Part shown: positions 48,499-58,995 of the stretch, piece by piece
Numbering within the stretch: the stretch's first letter is position 1
Layout: each line of letters opens with the position of its first letter
Source: Bacteroidota bacterium
GTDB taxonomy: Bacteria; Bacteroidota; Bacteroidia; AKYH767-A; OLB10
Length of the DNA stretch: 64,000 bases
Assembly: GCA_016709725.1 (NCBI GenBank)
Contig: JADJMG010000007.1
Coordinates: 222,258-286,257 of the forward strand
Reading direction: 5' to 3'
Made by a program: the position numbers and the translations under genes
The notes under the pieces: model-generated
What the model saw: only the letters and a program-made list of their open reading frames with translations
Told to the model about the DNA's origin: nothing
The model's database searches: none

Positions 48499-50115
48499 TT
48501 GAAATCTCTATCTGAGCACTTACAAAAATCAAAAAACCTCACCCTAATTATTATGTTTAAAAAAGCAATAAGTTACGTGCTCATTGTTTCGATTATTATC
48601 ATGTCGAACGGTTGTGCCACTATTTTAAATGGTAAATACCAGAAAGTTGATGTCTATACGGGCTCGAGTGAATCCACTGTTTATGTTAATGATGCAAAAC
48701 AAGGAACTGGAACTGCAGTAAGATCCAAAATGAGAAGGGATTTCCAGCCAAAGCAAGTGAAAGTGGAAAGGCCAGGATACAAACCCGTTTATGCAGTGCA
48801 TCGTCAAAGCAAAAAATCATGGTTGTACATCATGTCATGGATTCCATTTGTTGTTGTTTATTTCATGCCTCCATTGTTAGACCGAGGACCTAAGGCATTT
48901 AATTACAATAAATCGATGAGTCTGCAAGTAGATCGTAAAGTGAATAGTAAAGATTCTACGCAGAAGTACATGGTATTGAAGAATGTGAAGTTTGATGTTA
49001 AAAAGGAAGACTTTACTATGGAGAAAATAGATTACAAGCGCTTCAAGAAAGGAAAAAACAGTAAAAAAGGCGATCAGGAGAAATACGACGAGGATATTGC
49101 GGTAGATAATTCCATCTTTTCAAATGCGCTCAACGCTGCCTTGTATGATGCAGGATATATTGATACATCAGGAGTGATACTGAAAAGTAAAATGAATAAT
49201 ACCTATGTGAATGCTCGAGTTAGCAAAATGAATTTCACGCAGGTGGTATCTTATAAAGGATTATATAATCGTAGTTTAATTTGCTCGGCAACCATTGATT
49301 GGGAGTTTTTAGATAAATATGATCAGGTAAAATTTAAGAAAACAAGTACTGCTAAATCGGGTGAATTTTGCACCTATACATCTACTACTAAATCTTACGA
49401 TGAGCAGTTGAATGTTATTCAATCGGCAGTGCAGGATGCGATCTCCAATTCATTTTATGATGTGTTAGCGGATTCAAAAGCAAAGGAATTTTTAAAATCT
49501 TCAGATGTAAACCCTACCGTTGCATTGGAAACGTTGAATATTTCTAGAGGAAAACTAGTTACTGATATGAAAAGTGGAGTAGAAGCCACCACCGTTATTT
49601 TAACCAACAAAGGACATGGAAGTGGATGTGTTGTGAGTACAGGTGGATACATTGTCACTAGTTTTCATGTGGTAGCCGGAGTAGATAGTACGCTCAAAGT
49701 TGCATTTAAAGATGGGGATACCGCAGTAGCAGTAATCGTACGTTCCAGTGAATTGGCTGATTTAGCACTTTTGAAAGTGAAAAAAACTTGTAAGTATGCA
49801 TTTAACGTTACCTTGACCCCTGACTTTGAAGTTGCGGATGAAGTTTTTGCCATTGGAACACCTGCCTCTGTTGAATTAGGACAAACCGTAAGCAAAGGAA
49901 TTATTTCAGCTACACGAAAAGAAGTTGGAGGAGTAGAATTAATTCAAACCGATGTATCTGTAAATCCAGGAAATAGCGGGGGATCGTTGCTGAAAAGAGA
50001 TGGCACTTTCATTGGTGTAGTAAATGCAAAAATTTCAGGAAAAGGATTGGAAGGGCTTGGATTCTGCACACCGGCTGCACAAATTATAAAAGAATTGAAA
50101 ATAAATTTCAAATAG
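48499..50115 (+). CDS. Lipoprotein with a C-terminal trypsin-like (S1/DegP-type) serine protease domain and a ~340-aa N-terminal domain I do not recognise
   Basis: SFHVV (His), ADLALLKV (Asp) and GNSGGSL (Ser) form the catalytic triad context. There is an N-terminal lipobox near IIIMSNGC. Confidence 0.65.
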   Translation: MKSLSEHLQKSKNLTLIIMFKKAISYVLIVSIIIMSNGCATILNGKYQKVDVYTGSSESTVYVNDAKQGTGTAVRSKMRRDFQPKQVKVERPGYKPVYAVHRQSKKSWLYIMSWIPFVVVYFMPPLLDRGPKAFNYNKSMSLQVDRKVNSKDSTQKYMVLKNVKFDVKKEDFTMEKIDYKRFKKGKNSKKGDQEKYDEDIAVDNSIFSNALNAALYDAGYIDTSGVILKSKMNNTYVNARVSKMNFTQVVSYKGLYNRSLICSATIDWEFLDKYDQVKFKKTSTAKSGEFCTYTSTTKSYDEQLNVIQSAVQDAISNSFYDVLADSKAKEFLKSSDVNPTVALETLNISRGKLVTDMKSGVEATTVILTNKGHGSGCVVSTGGYIVTSFHVVAGVDSTLKVAFKDGDTAVAVIVRSSELADLALLKVKKTCKYAFNVTLTPDFEVADEVFAIGTPASVELGQTVSKGIISATRKEVGGVELIQTDVSVNPGNSGGSLLKRDGTFIGVVNAKISGKGLEGLGFCTPAAQIIKELKINFK

Positions 50116-50138
50116 ATACTACTTAAAATTAAGAATGG

Positions 50139-50167
50139 AAACGCAGATCTTATGGTCTGCGTTTTTT
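50139..50167 (+). terminator. Rho-independent terminator
   Basis: aaacgcagatc-ttatg-gtctgcgtttttt. Confidence 0.7.
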
Positions 50168-50415
50168 ATGCATTATTCTTTAGTCATTTTTTACTTTTTT
50201 GAGGTAAAATTAATTTTATAGCTGCTTTACAAATCATCATTTAACACAAAGAGCACAAAGATTAGCACGGAGAACACAGGTGAAATTTAAACACCAATTA
50301 TTTTGTGTCCTCCGTGTTAAATGGTTGTCCCTAATCAGAAAATGATACTAACCTTGATTGAATTGTTCAGTAAAAAATAAACTAGAATTTAAAATGAATT
50401 TTATATACTTGTAAA

Positions 50416-50739
50416 GTGAAACGCATTCAAAATATCATTGATCAAGGCGAAGGCGACATGCTCGATTTCAAGAAGGAAATCAGCAATGCACATCGTATTG
50501 CAAAAACGATGGTCTCCTTTGCAAATCATCATGGCGGCACTTTGTTGGTTGGCGTACGCGACGATGGGAGCATCAGTGGAGTGAAGGCCGAGGAAGAAAA
50601 ATACATGCTAGAGAAAGCGGCAACCACCTTATGTCATCCAAGCATCGATCTCCACATCAACGAATGGAATTTGAAGGGAAAAATCGTGTTGGAAGTTCTC
50701 GTTCCGGAAGGAAAAGACAAACCCTTTTTATGCCATTGA
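50416..50739 (+). CDS. AlbA_2 (Schlafen-like, divergent AAA) domain protein, N-terminal fragment. A 1-bp T-run frameshift separates it from ORF 50759-51040.
   Basis: LDFKKEI...AKTMVSFANHHGGTLLVGVRDDGSISGV is the AlbA_2 signature. Removing one T from the run at 50725-50729 reads ...KDKPFYAIDEEGKKWVYVRQLD..., continuous with the next ORF. Confidence 0.6.
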   Translation: MKRIQNIIDQGEGDMLDFKKEISNAHRIAKTMVSFANHHGGTLLVGVRDDGSISGVKAEEEKYMLEKAATTLCHPSIDLHINEWNLKGKIVLEVLVPEGKDKPFLCH

Positions 50740-50758
50740 TGAGGAAGGAAAAAAATGG

Positions 50759-51040
50759 GTGTATGTTCGGCAACTCGATCAAAGTTTGTTAGCGAGTAAA
50801 GTTGTGGTGGAAGTATTAAAACGTAAAAATTCATCGGTTCACACCGTCGTTGAATTTACCAGTAAGGAAAAAGCTTTGCTGGATTACCTAAAGGAAAATC
50901 CCCGCATCACATTAAAAGAATATTGCAAGCTCGTCAATATTTCACGATGGCGAGCACAACGAATAGTTGTCAATTTAATTTCAGTAGGAGTGATTCGCGT
51001 TTTTGATATTGAAAAGCCAGAGTATTATACGCTGGGGTAG
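50759..51040 (+). CDS. AlbA_2 protein, C-terminal fragment with a winged-HTH (putative transcriptional regulator, RecG-C-terminal-like). GTG pseudo-start.
   Basis: LLDYLKENPRITLKEYCKLVNISRWRAQRIVVNLISVGVI is an HTH. Confidence 0.55.
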   Translation: MYVRQLDQSLLASKVVVEVLKRKNSSVHTVVEFTSKEKALLDYLKENPRITLKEYCKLVNISRWRAQRIVVNLISVGVIRVFDIEKPEYYTLG

Positions 51041-51353
51041 ATGCCGCTTGATTATAAGTTTTCCAGAATAAATAATTATGCTTCGGATAATGTTTAGGCT
51101 ACTAGCTTCTAGCTGCTTGCCGCTAGGAGATTTCGTGATAAATTATTCATCTTATTTATAATTATCTATTTTAACACTAGTGGCACTAAGTTCACTCGAG
51201 TACACTTAAGAGCAATCGATTTCTTTAGTGTTCTTTTGTGAGGGTGAAAAATATGCTTCATGATGAATGTAGTTTTTTATTCGAAGAAACACTGATTAAA
51301 ATCATAGAAAAAGTTTTAACAATTTTTCATTTTTACCAATCAAATAATTTAAT

Positions 51354-51682
51354 ATGAACCCAAACACTACTCTTTATTGGAACAAAGTTTTGAAATTGCA
51401 CCGAGAGGGATATCCTGTTGAAACCATTCAAAATATTTTGAAAAATGAAGGTCTGGATGAAGTATTATTGACTGAATCGCTTTGCAAATTGAAATTGATC
51501 CTTTACAAAAGCGCAAAAGTAGAGCCGTGATTATTATGATTACGGGTGCTTTTATAATGCTATTCGGATTTATTATCACGGTAGTTTTGTTTCATTACAA
51601 TCATAACTTCGATTTGTTTTTGTATGGCTTCACTGTGATTGGCTTGCTCGTGTTGAGCTATGGAGTGTATGAGATGCTATGA
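51354..51682 (+). CDS. Small two-TM membrane protein. Probably a single gene interrupted by a 1-bp T-run indel at ~51481; the ORF table lists only 51482-51682.
   Basis: An unlisted 58-codon ORF MNPNTTLYWNKVLKLHREGYPVETIQNILKNEGLDEVLLTESL... runs into the listed ORF QIEIDPLQKRKSRAVIIMITGAF... once one T is added. Confidence 0.35.
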
Positions 51683-51922
51683 GAAGTTAGATTTTAAAAG
51701 TGTCTGGTTTTATTAATTTGACAAAAATTATTAAAATAAATTCTTTAAAGAGGAGAAAAGAGAACGCTGATGACACGGATTAAAATGATAAATCTGGATT
51801 GCTATAACAATTGTATTCATTTTCGTCAACAAGAAGTTATAATGTTGTTGTGAATTCAACTTAAACTAGGAAAAATCTGCGAAAATCCGTTCAATCTGTG
51901 TCATCCGCGTTCCAATTTAGAT

Positions 51923-53188
51923 CTATTCTACCACCAATTTACTTCTCCCTACAAAACCATCTGCAAAAGCCTCTATAACATAAACACCAGCAGCTAATTT
52001 GCGTACATCAATGGTTTTTGTACCCGATTCGATTTGCACCAACTCACCCAACAATGAATAAATTTTTGTGGTGATGTTGGAAGTATTGATATGCTGAGGA
52101 AAATCTAAGTTGAAATAGTCGTTAGTTGGATTCGGTGAAACTTTTATTTTTATTATTTGCAGATCATCATGCGAAATTAATCCCGTCAATATTTTATTGA
52201 CAACAATATATCCACTATCACCCACTGCAAATACGGTTGAGTCATTGTACGAGGAGATATCGTTTATTTGTTGATCGACCGCATCGAAGTTCCAAGTGAT
52301 GATATCACCCGGACTCCTAAAAATTAATCCTGTTTGTGATCCTTGTGAAACACCACCCGAAAAGATTTCTCCATTTCCTGATTGATGTAAGGTTAAAAAA
52401 TCAGGATAGAAAAAAGTAGCAGAGTTGCCATCATAGTTCCATGATAATCCGCCATCAGTAGAAATATAGATTCCAAAGCCAGCACCACTTATTGCCTTAT
52501 ATCCTGCATAGGCCAATGTATCATTAATCATTAACACCGATGTAATGGGATGCATGGTTGGATTTGATGGAATGCTATCCCAGTTAAGTCCACCATCAGT
52601 TGTTCGAAAAATGAGACCGCTCGAACTGGCGGCTAAGCCCAATTGCGAATCATAAAAATGAATATCTACGATCATATTTTGAGAATCCCATGTCGAACTA
52701 TTCATGGTAGCCGGACTCCATGTCCCTGCTGTTAATTTCGAAATTAATTCTCCTTGAAAACAACCCGATCCACCGATGAAACCATTATCTTGATCGAAGA
52801 AAAAGAGTCCCTGATTAAAACAATTATTTCCAGCCAAGGCATTCGCTGTCCAGTTCAATCCGCCATCCATAGTTTTGTAACTAGTCGAGTATGGACCAAT
52901 CGTTACGTAGCCGATGGAGTCGGTCAGGAATTGCAGATTTAAAACATCCGCATTCCAACTCAAGAAATTTATTCCCGATGGATTCAGTGGATTCCAGGTC
53001 AGACCACCATCCGTCGTTTTTAAAAGTAAACTGTCATCGCCGCCAATGTATCCTACTGATGGGGAAGGAAAATGAATTGTATTTAAGTTTTCAGTGGTGC
53101 CACTCGTAACCTGATACCAGTTTTGAGAATGAGTGTGGAGTGCGAGAAAGAGGAATGAGATGGTAATTAAAAGTTGAATTTTTTTCAT
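51923..53188 (-). CDS. BNR/Asp-box (Ycf48/sortilin-like) repeat protein with a T9SS C-terminal domain
   Basis: Signal peptide MKKIQLLITISFLFLALHTHSQ. Repeated T(T)DGGLTW / DGGLNW Asp-box motifs. C-terminal CTD (KVSPNPTNDYFNLDF...). Confidence 0.6.
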   Translation of the reverse strand: MKKIQLLITISFLFLALHTHSQNWYQVTSGTTENLNTIHFPSPSVGYIGGDDSLLLKTTDGGLTWNPLNPSGINFLSWNADVLNLQFLTDSIGYVTIGPYSTSYKTMDGGLNWTANALAGNNCFNQGLFFFDQDNGFIGGSGCFQGELISKLTAGTWSPATMNSSTWDSQNMIVDIHFYDSQLGLAASSSGLIFRTTDGGLNWDSIPSNPTMHPITSVLMINDTLAYAGYKAISGAGFGIYISTDGGLSWNYDGNSATFFYPDFLTLHQSGNGEIFSGGVSQGSQTGLIFRSPGDIITWNFDAVDQQINDISSYNDSTVFAVGDSGYIVVNKILTGLISHDDLQIIKIKVSPNPTNDYFNLDFPQHINTSNITTKIYSLLGELVQIESGTKTIDVRKLAAGVYVIEAFADGFVGRSKLVVE

Positions 53189-53253
53189 GATCTTAGAATT
53201 TGATGTAACAAAAATAGACCATCTATCAAGAAGCAACCATGTACAATTCCGAC

Positions 53254-54045
53254 TTAATCATGTATATTCTTGAATTCGCTGGGCGAAAATCCAGTCTGTG
53301 TCTTGAAGAACTTACTAAAATGGGCCGGATCGGTAAAATTGAGTTCGTAACCCACTTCTTTTGCAGATACACCCGTATTCAATAATCGCTTTGCTTCTAA
53401 AATAATATGTCGGTTTATAACTGCACTTACGGTCTCTCCACATTTTTGCATCACTTCATCGTTTAAGTACTTTTCGGTAACGTTGAGTATAGCTGCATAA
53501 TCTTTCACCTTTTTCAGAGATTTGTATTCGTTATGCATGAGCCTTCTAAACGCCGAATAAAGCCCTGTGTGCTTTCCTCGCCCTTCCGTTGATGTTGAGC
53601 CTCGTAAACGCAGACAATAGAGCAGGAGTAAGGTTAATTGATTCAATACGATTTGATTTTTCAGCGGACTTTTGGAATTCTCTTCCTTCCAAGCCTGAGT
53701 GCTGATGTATTTCAACTCTTCTCCGAAAGCCGCATCAAAATGATAACAAGGCGAAAATTCGTTTACATCGAAGCAAGTATGATCAAATAATAATTGCTCA
53801 ATGCGTTTGTCTTGATCGAAATGCAATAAGTCGAAAAGGAATACAAAGCCTGTCGAATTTAATTGGCGTTTTACTTTATGAACTTGTCCGGGAGTGACAA
53901 TATGAATGGAATTTGTTTCGATGGGAAACTCCACAAAATCGACAATATGGGTTCCTCCGCCTTTTAAAAACACGAAGCACTCGTAATAATGATGACGATG
54001 CGGCTCCGTAGCGTCGTTCTTGAGCAAGGTATCCAGCTCAATCAT
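53254..54045 (-). CDS. AraC-family transcriptional regulator
   Basis: 263 aa. The C-terminal dual HTH (...FTDPAHFSKFFKTQTGFSPSEF) is the AraC signature. There is an N-terminal cupin-like sensor domain. Confidence 0.85.
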   Translation of the reverse strand: MIELDTLLKNDATEPHRHHYYECFVFLKGGGTHIVDFVEFPIETNSIHIVTPGQVHKVKRQLNSTGFVFLFDLLHFDQDKRIEQLLFDHTCFDVNEFSPCYHFDAAFGEELKYISTQAWKEENSKSPLKNQIVLNQLTLLLLYCLRLRGSTSTEGRGKHTGLYSAFRRLMHNEYKSLKKVKDYAAILNVTEKYLNDEVMQKCGETVSAVINRHIILEAKRLLNTGVSAKEVGYELNFTDPAHFSKFFKTQTGFSPSEFKNIHD

Positions 54046-54297
54046 CTTGATCTCCTTTTTTCGTGTTCTTCGAGGTCGTGGATGGGAATCATTAGAAGAT
54101 GTTGGATTTTAGTCGCGAGGCTTCGCGATTAGATTTTAGATTGATTTTAGTCACGAGGAGATTTATTGGACTGCTTAGAACATAGACATCGCTCCCGCTA
54201 ATTGATTTTACAAGAATACAATTATAGAAACACAAATTTAGTATTATTGGTTGATGATTGATTGTATTAATGAAAAAATTATCTGCTATATATATAC

Positions 54298-54342
54298 CAA
54301 TTTAGAACACGGATGACGCGGATTAATTGGATAAATGCTGAT
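54298..54342. promoter_or_regulatory. Second copy of the GGAT-iterated ~44-bp motif, in the upstream region of the AraC gene
   Basis: tttagaacacGGATgacgcGGATtaattGGATaaatgcTGATt. Compare 32793-32836. Confidence 0.4.
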
Positions 54343-54437
54343 TGACTACTCCAAAATAAATATTATAGTAGAATAGAAAAATGAGGAATTCAAATGCAGA
54401 ATAATTAGTTGAGAAAATAGCGAAGTAAGGCTAAATT

Positions 54438-55487
54438 TTATTCTTTTATAAATTTACCAATTCTTGTCATTTCAGACGTTCTTACCTCTAAAGTATACCA
54501 ACCACGACGTAGTAATCCTACATCAATGTTTCTATAATCAAGAGTAGAAGGACTTGCTATTTCTTTGTACCAAACAATTTGTCCAAGCACATTTCGAATA
54601 GAGACATTTGCATTTCCTGCGAATTTTTCGTTCCACTTAAAAGATAAGTTGGATTCACATGGATTAGGAAATAAGGTAAGTCTATTATCGAAATTATTTT
54701 CAGAAAGACTACTGATTAGTGGATTTGAATAATAATACTTATTGGTCCTTATTCCTAGTTCATTCTCGATTTTAAAAATATAACCATTTGTATTTAGTTG
54801 AAACCAAGTATAAGCGGTATCTGTCCAAGCATAAAATGTGAACATTGCTGAATCGGTCATGTGACGAGTTGATTTTATTCTCAAACAATTTGGATAAATC
54901 ATGTTAGGCATAATTAAAGTACCAAATCCATCGGCTTCTACAATTCGTCTACCATGAACTGCATGACCACCGCCACCCGAAAAATCAAAATGTGAACCTA
55001 TTAAAGTATCCGTAAAATAATCATTCAAAGCAAATGGAAATGTATACATTCTGTCGGTATCCGTATAATGGTAAAGGCCTGTTTCATAGATTGGGTTATA
55101 AGCCCAACTTCCAACTAAGTGGATGTTTGATGTATCATCAATAAAATAACTATACATTTCATCATAATAAGAAAAGTATCCGACCGGCTCATAATAACAT
55201 AAATTCGAAATATTGTAATTTGTATTTTGAGCATTAAAAAAAACAGTCGTATCGGGTGGTATGATGTGTAAAGTATCTTGAACTGCTGCCTGCACGACAT
55301 TCGAAAAATCCCAAACAACATTATTGCCGGTGATACTTGCAGTATCTTGGCGAACAGAATCGAGAAACATAAAAGGATAAGAATTCCCTATACTAAAGAA
55401 ATTATTTCTAGTTATGGTAGTTTGACCCAATAAAAGAAAGGATTGTAAGACTAAAGTTGTTGTTAAGAGTATAAGATTTTTTTTCAT
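54438..55487 (-). CDS. Hypothetical secreted protein with a T9SS C-terminal domain
   Basis: 349 aa. Signal peptide. CTD (LTLFPNPCESNLSFKW...GWYTLEVRTSEMTRIGKFIKE). Confidence 0.55.
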   Translation of the reverse strand: MKKNLILLTTTLVLQSFLLLGQTTITRNNFFSIGNSYPFMFLDSVRQDTASITGNNVVWDFSNVVQAAVQDTLHIIPPDTTVFFNAQNTNYNISNLCYYEPVGYFSYYDEMYSYFIDDTSNIHLVGSWAYNPIYETGLYHYTDTDRMYTFPFALNDYFTDTLIGSHFDFSGGGGHAVHGRRIVEADGFGTLIMPNMIYPNCLRIKSTRHMTDSAMFTFYAWTDTAYTWFQLNTNGYIFKIENELGIRTNKYYYSNPLISSLSENNFDNRLTLFPNPCESNLSFKWNEKFAGNANVSIRNVLGQIVWYKEIASPSTLDYRNIDVGLLRRGWYTLEVRTSEMTRIGKFIKE

Positions 55488-55797
55488 AAAATGGAATTTA
55501 GAGTATAGAAGCTAATCAGTTTTTAATATGGAGCAAATTATTTAATAATCAGATTTCTGTTAAAATTCTTACCTAAAGGTATTAAATTCTTGCATATTAA
55601 TTCAGTTATTTATCAGTCTATTGTAAAATTATTGATAGGGTCTACTTTCTCTTAGATGATGAAAATTAGTCAGTGGTGGTACTCAAAAATCTCTCTAAAA
55701 TTGCTTTTAATGAAATTTTATTGTTTTTAAGTGCTGAATTTGGTCTCTAGATGTAACCCATCTTACAACCTCCCGTATAATTTTTTACAAAACCACC

Positions 55798-57219
55798 GTG
55801 AACCGACTCATTTCAATATTTTCCAGAAACCATATATTGGATGCCATCCCGTATGAGGATGTCGTCGATAAACAACGATTTGTACTTTTTAGAATATTTT
55901 CAATTTCAGGTACCTTGGTATGTTTGGCGGCTGCTTTAAAAATGCTGGCAACGATTCCAAATCCAGGGTTATTGCCATGGATCATCCTTTCCTTGGCAGC
56001 CATCATGGTGACAAATTACTTTTTCATTGCCTCCATTAATCGATTAATTCTTTCCTACAAAATTCTCTTGGGGTCATCGTTTGCATTACTCCATTTTGTG
56101 GCATACTCATGCGGTGGTATTCGAACCGGCGGACTCTTATTCCACGGTGTCATCATTCTTTATGCATATTTGATGCTCGGTAACAAGGGAGGTAGGGCAT
56201 TCACACTCTTGTTTGTTGCCAATGCCATTTACTTTTATTTAATTTCAAGTTTTACCGACTTAACATCCTTTGCCATGTTTAAGGAAGATGTAGAGCTCAT
56301 CAACCAAGATTTCATTGTGAATGCACTCTTTTCGTTTTATTTAATCGCAAGTCAGGGAAGTTATTTGCAAAGCGGAAAAAATATTTTAATTCAACGTCTC
56401 GAAAAATCAAAGCGAGAATTAGAAAACAAAAACAAAGAACTTACCACCTCCAACAAACTCTTGCAAACGTATACGAATAGCTTAGAGAAATCGAATAAAG
56501 AATTAATCAAGTTCGCCTCCGTTGCTTCGCATGATTTAAAAGCACCATTAAGGGCCATTGGTACCTTAACCGACTTTTTGGAGATGGATTTAGAGGAGGT
56601 AATGAATGAAGAATCAAAGAAAAACCTCGCCACCATTAAAAACAGGGTGAAACGCATGGAGTTATTGCTAGATGCCTTGCTCAACTACTCAAAGGTAGAT
56701 CGTAGACCCACCACACAAAGTGTTATTAATACTGGGAAACTCTTGGATCAGGTGATACAAAATCAAACCACCAAGAAAAATCACAAAATAAAGATTACAA
56801 GCAATATGCCCACCATGGTAGGGGATGAGTATGTGTTGAAATCGGTGTTGGAAGTTTTACTAGAAAATGCCATTAAATTTAACAATAATCCACAACCCGA
56901 AATAGAAATCTCCTGTACAGAAACTAAGAACCATTGGGAATTTAAAGTAACTGACAATGGCATTGGCATCGAAGAAAAGTATCACGAAAAAATATTTATC
57001 ATTTTCCAAACCATCGATGCCCGCGACACCTTTGAAAGCACCGGAGCAGGCTTAGCCGTCGCCAAAAAAATGATTGAAAAAGTAGGTGGACAAATGCATG
57101 TTTCTTCTGCACTCCATCAGGGAGCTACTTTTACTTTTTCATTGGCGAAGCGGGAGATGGAGACTTTAACGACCAACTTAAAGGAACGCAAGTTGGAAAA
57201 AGAGACAGTTCATATTTAA
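55798..57219 (+). CDS. Membrane sensor histidine kinase (multi-TM N-terminus, coiled coil, HisKA, HATPase_c). GTG start.
   Basis: H-box ASVASHDLKAPLRAI, N-box LLENAIKFNN, G-boxes DNGIGI and GAGLAV. No response regulator is adjacent. Confidence 0.85.
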   Translation: MNRLISIFSRNHILDAIPYEDVVDKQRFVLFRIFSISGTLVCLAAALKMLATIPNPGLLPWIILSLAAIMVTNYFFIASINRLILSYKILLGSSFALLHFVAYSCGGIRTGGLLFHGVIILYAYLMLGNKGGRAFTLLFVANAIYFYLISSFTDLTSFAMFKEDVELINQDFIVNALFSFYLIASQGSYLQSGKNILIQRLEKSKRELENKNKELTTSNKLLQTYTNSLEKSNKELIKFASVASHDLKAPLRAIGTLTDFLEMDLEEVMNEESKKNLATIKNRVKRMELLLDALLNYSKVDRRPTTQSVINTGKLLDQVIQNQTTKKNHKIKITSNMPTMVGDEYVLKSVLEVLLENAIKFNNNPQPEIEISCTETKNHWEFKVTDNGIGIEEKYHEKIFIIFQTIDARDTFESTGAGLAVAKKMIEKVGGQMHVSSALHQGATFTFSLAKREMETLTTNLKERKLEKETVHI

Positions 57220-57315
57220 GAGAACATTTCTTCTTTTTAATAAAGGTAAAGTTTGTGTATTTCCTTTGTAGCAAGAATGCTTTAATAATTTAGGCGTTTG
57301 CTAAATGCGAATCAA

Positions 57316-57672
57316 TCACAAAAGGTGTACTTCCCAAAAGGAAGTTGGATTCAGACTCCTCATTGCTCGAACTCTCATTTGTACAACATCTCCGTTCTTC
57401 TTTCTATGCTTCAAATTCCCAAAAAATGATCTTTCTGTGCTATGTATTTCCAAGTCTTCTATAATATCGGATAAATCCTCATTATGCCACAAATCAGTAA
57501 TACTTAAACCGATTAATTCATTGTTGTCGTAAAGGCAAAAATCTACTGCTTCTTGATTGGCATCTATGATTTTTAAACTTTTCTCATCGAAAATCCACGA
57601 AGGATAATTACGATTATGCAGTGAAAAAGCCATTAATTTAGTGTAGGAAAGGGTTTCAGGATTTTTTATCAT
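57316..57672 (-). CDS. Small PAS-domain protein
   Basis: 118 aa with a PAS-like fold signature (IIDANQEAVDFCLYDNNELIGLSITDL...NGDVVQMRVRA). Confidence 0.5.
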   Translation of the reverse strand: MIKNPETLSYTKLMAFSLHNRNYPSWIFDEKSLKIIDANQEAVDFCLYDNNELIGLSITDLWHNEDLSDIIEDLEIHSTERSFFGNLKHRKKNGDVVQMRVRAMRSLNPTSFWEVHLL

Positions 57673-57932
57673 AAAAATTAATTTCTTTTAAGGTACGACT
57701 TTCTGAATAGAATGAAGTTAAAGCAGCAAATTAGTGACTTTCACCTCTTCATTTCACTAGGTGCAAATTTACTTTTACGATGGAGAAGCGGTTGATATTG
57801 AGGATGGGTGATGGAGAAAATTCGAGAATTCTCTTTAAGGATGTAACATCATATTTAATGCCGAAATAAATGTAATATTGGTAATAGGTACCTACCAAAT
57901 GACTCCAATATAATTTTTAAATGACATTAAAT

Positions 57933-58807
57933 CTAAAAGTTGGGTTTAATTATTATTTTTTTAGAATATTTCTTTGATTCATTTTCCAAAGTAACAAAAT
58001 AGATTCCTGCTCGAAGATGAGTATCTATTTGATAAACGTCATTGCCCGTTGACTTTTGAATATAAACTATTTCTCCAAGTGTATTGGTTATTTTTAAGAT
58101 GGAATTCTATTTGAAGAATAATCTTTAACTGAGAAAGAGCCAGACGTAATACTTGGATACACTTCAAATCCACTGTCTCTAACAAGGGTTGAAATACCAG
58201 TTGAATAATCAAGGTAAATATCATCAATATAAAGTTGTGTACCAGGGGTAGGGTTATTGTTGGAGCTACTAACAAAACCGATCAGGATGGTATCAGGAAT
58301 CACACTTGAAGTGTAAGTTATAGGAACTTCCGCTAATGTATAGGTAGATGCATCGCTTGTTATTGCTATTGTTCCGATTCCAATGAAATTGAAACTACCT
58401 GTCCATTTACTAAGACCTATAAAAGCCAAAGCAGTATCACTTCCAGAATTTGAAAATTTATACCAAAATTTTAATTTATCAGGACGAGATGAAAAGGGCC
58501 AGCCTCTAAAATAATTAGTAGAACCCAAGGTGAAATCTCCGTAATTCAATTGCCCCTCAAAATTGGTCGTGCTTGGACCTGCTTGTGTTTGAAGCAAAGC
58601 TGCATACTGCCCTGAATGCGCATCGCTAGTTTGCATTGTGGTTGCGGCACCAATGAAAATTATTTGATCAAAAGTATAAAAGGAATCTGGTACTTGTATA
58701 CTTCCCATCGTTTGCCAATTTTCTAACCCCGAATTATTTATTTGTTGGGCAAATACCACTTGCATTTGAAATAGCATATAAATACTAATGAAGATGACAT
58801 ATTTCAT
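57933..58807 (-). CDS. Secreted T9SS cargo protein. ORF 58094-58807 plus a downstream CTD in another frame, separated by a 1-bp A-run indel near 58105.
   Basis: Signal peptide MKYVIFISIYMLFQMQVVFAQ. The listed ORF ends ...SFSVKDYSSNRIPS*. Frame +2 continues NSILKITNTLGEIVYIQKSTGNDVYQIDTHLRAGIYFVTLENESKKYSKKIIIKPNF*, a canonical Por CTD. Reading agaaatt for agaatt joins the two. Confidence 0.6.
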
Positions 58808-58995
58808 TTGAGCTAATGTTAGAAGATAAATATAATAATTAATAAGAATCTACTGAATTTTAAAGCTACAATATGATTTAATATTCTGTTTAAATCATGA
58901 TCTATATACTTCTGCTAAGATAATTGAAATATAATAAAGAACTTCATTTTGAGAGAAAAACAACCAATTTTTTTTTCTTAGTTCATTAAAATTTG

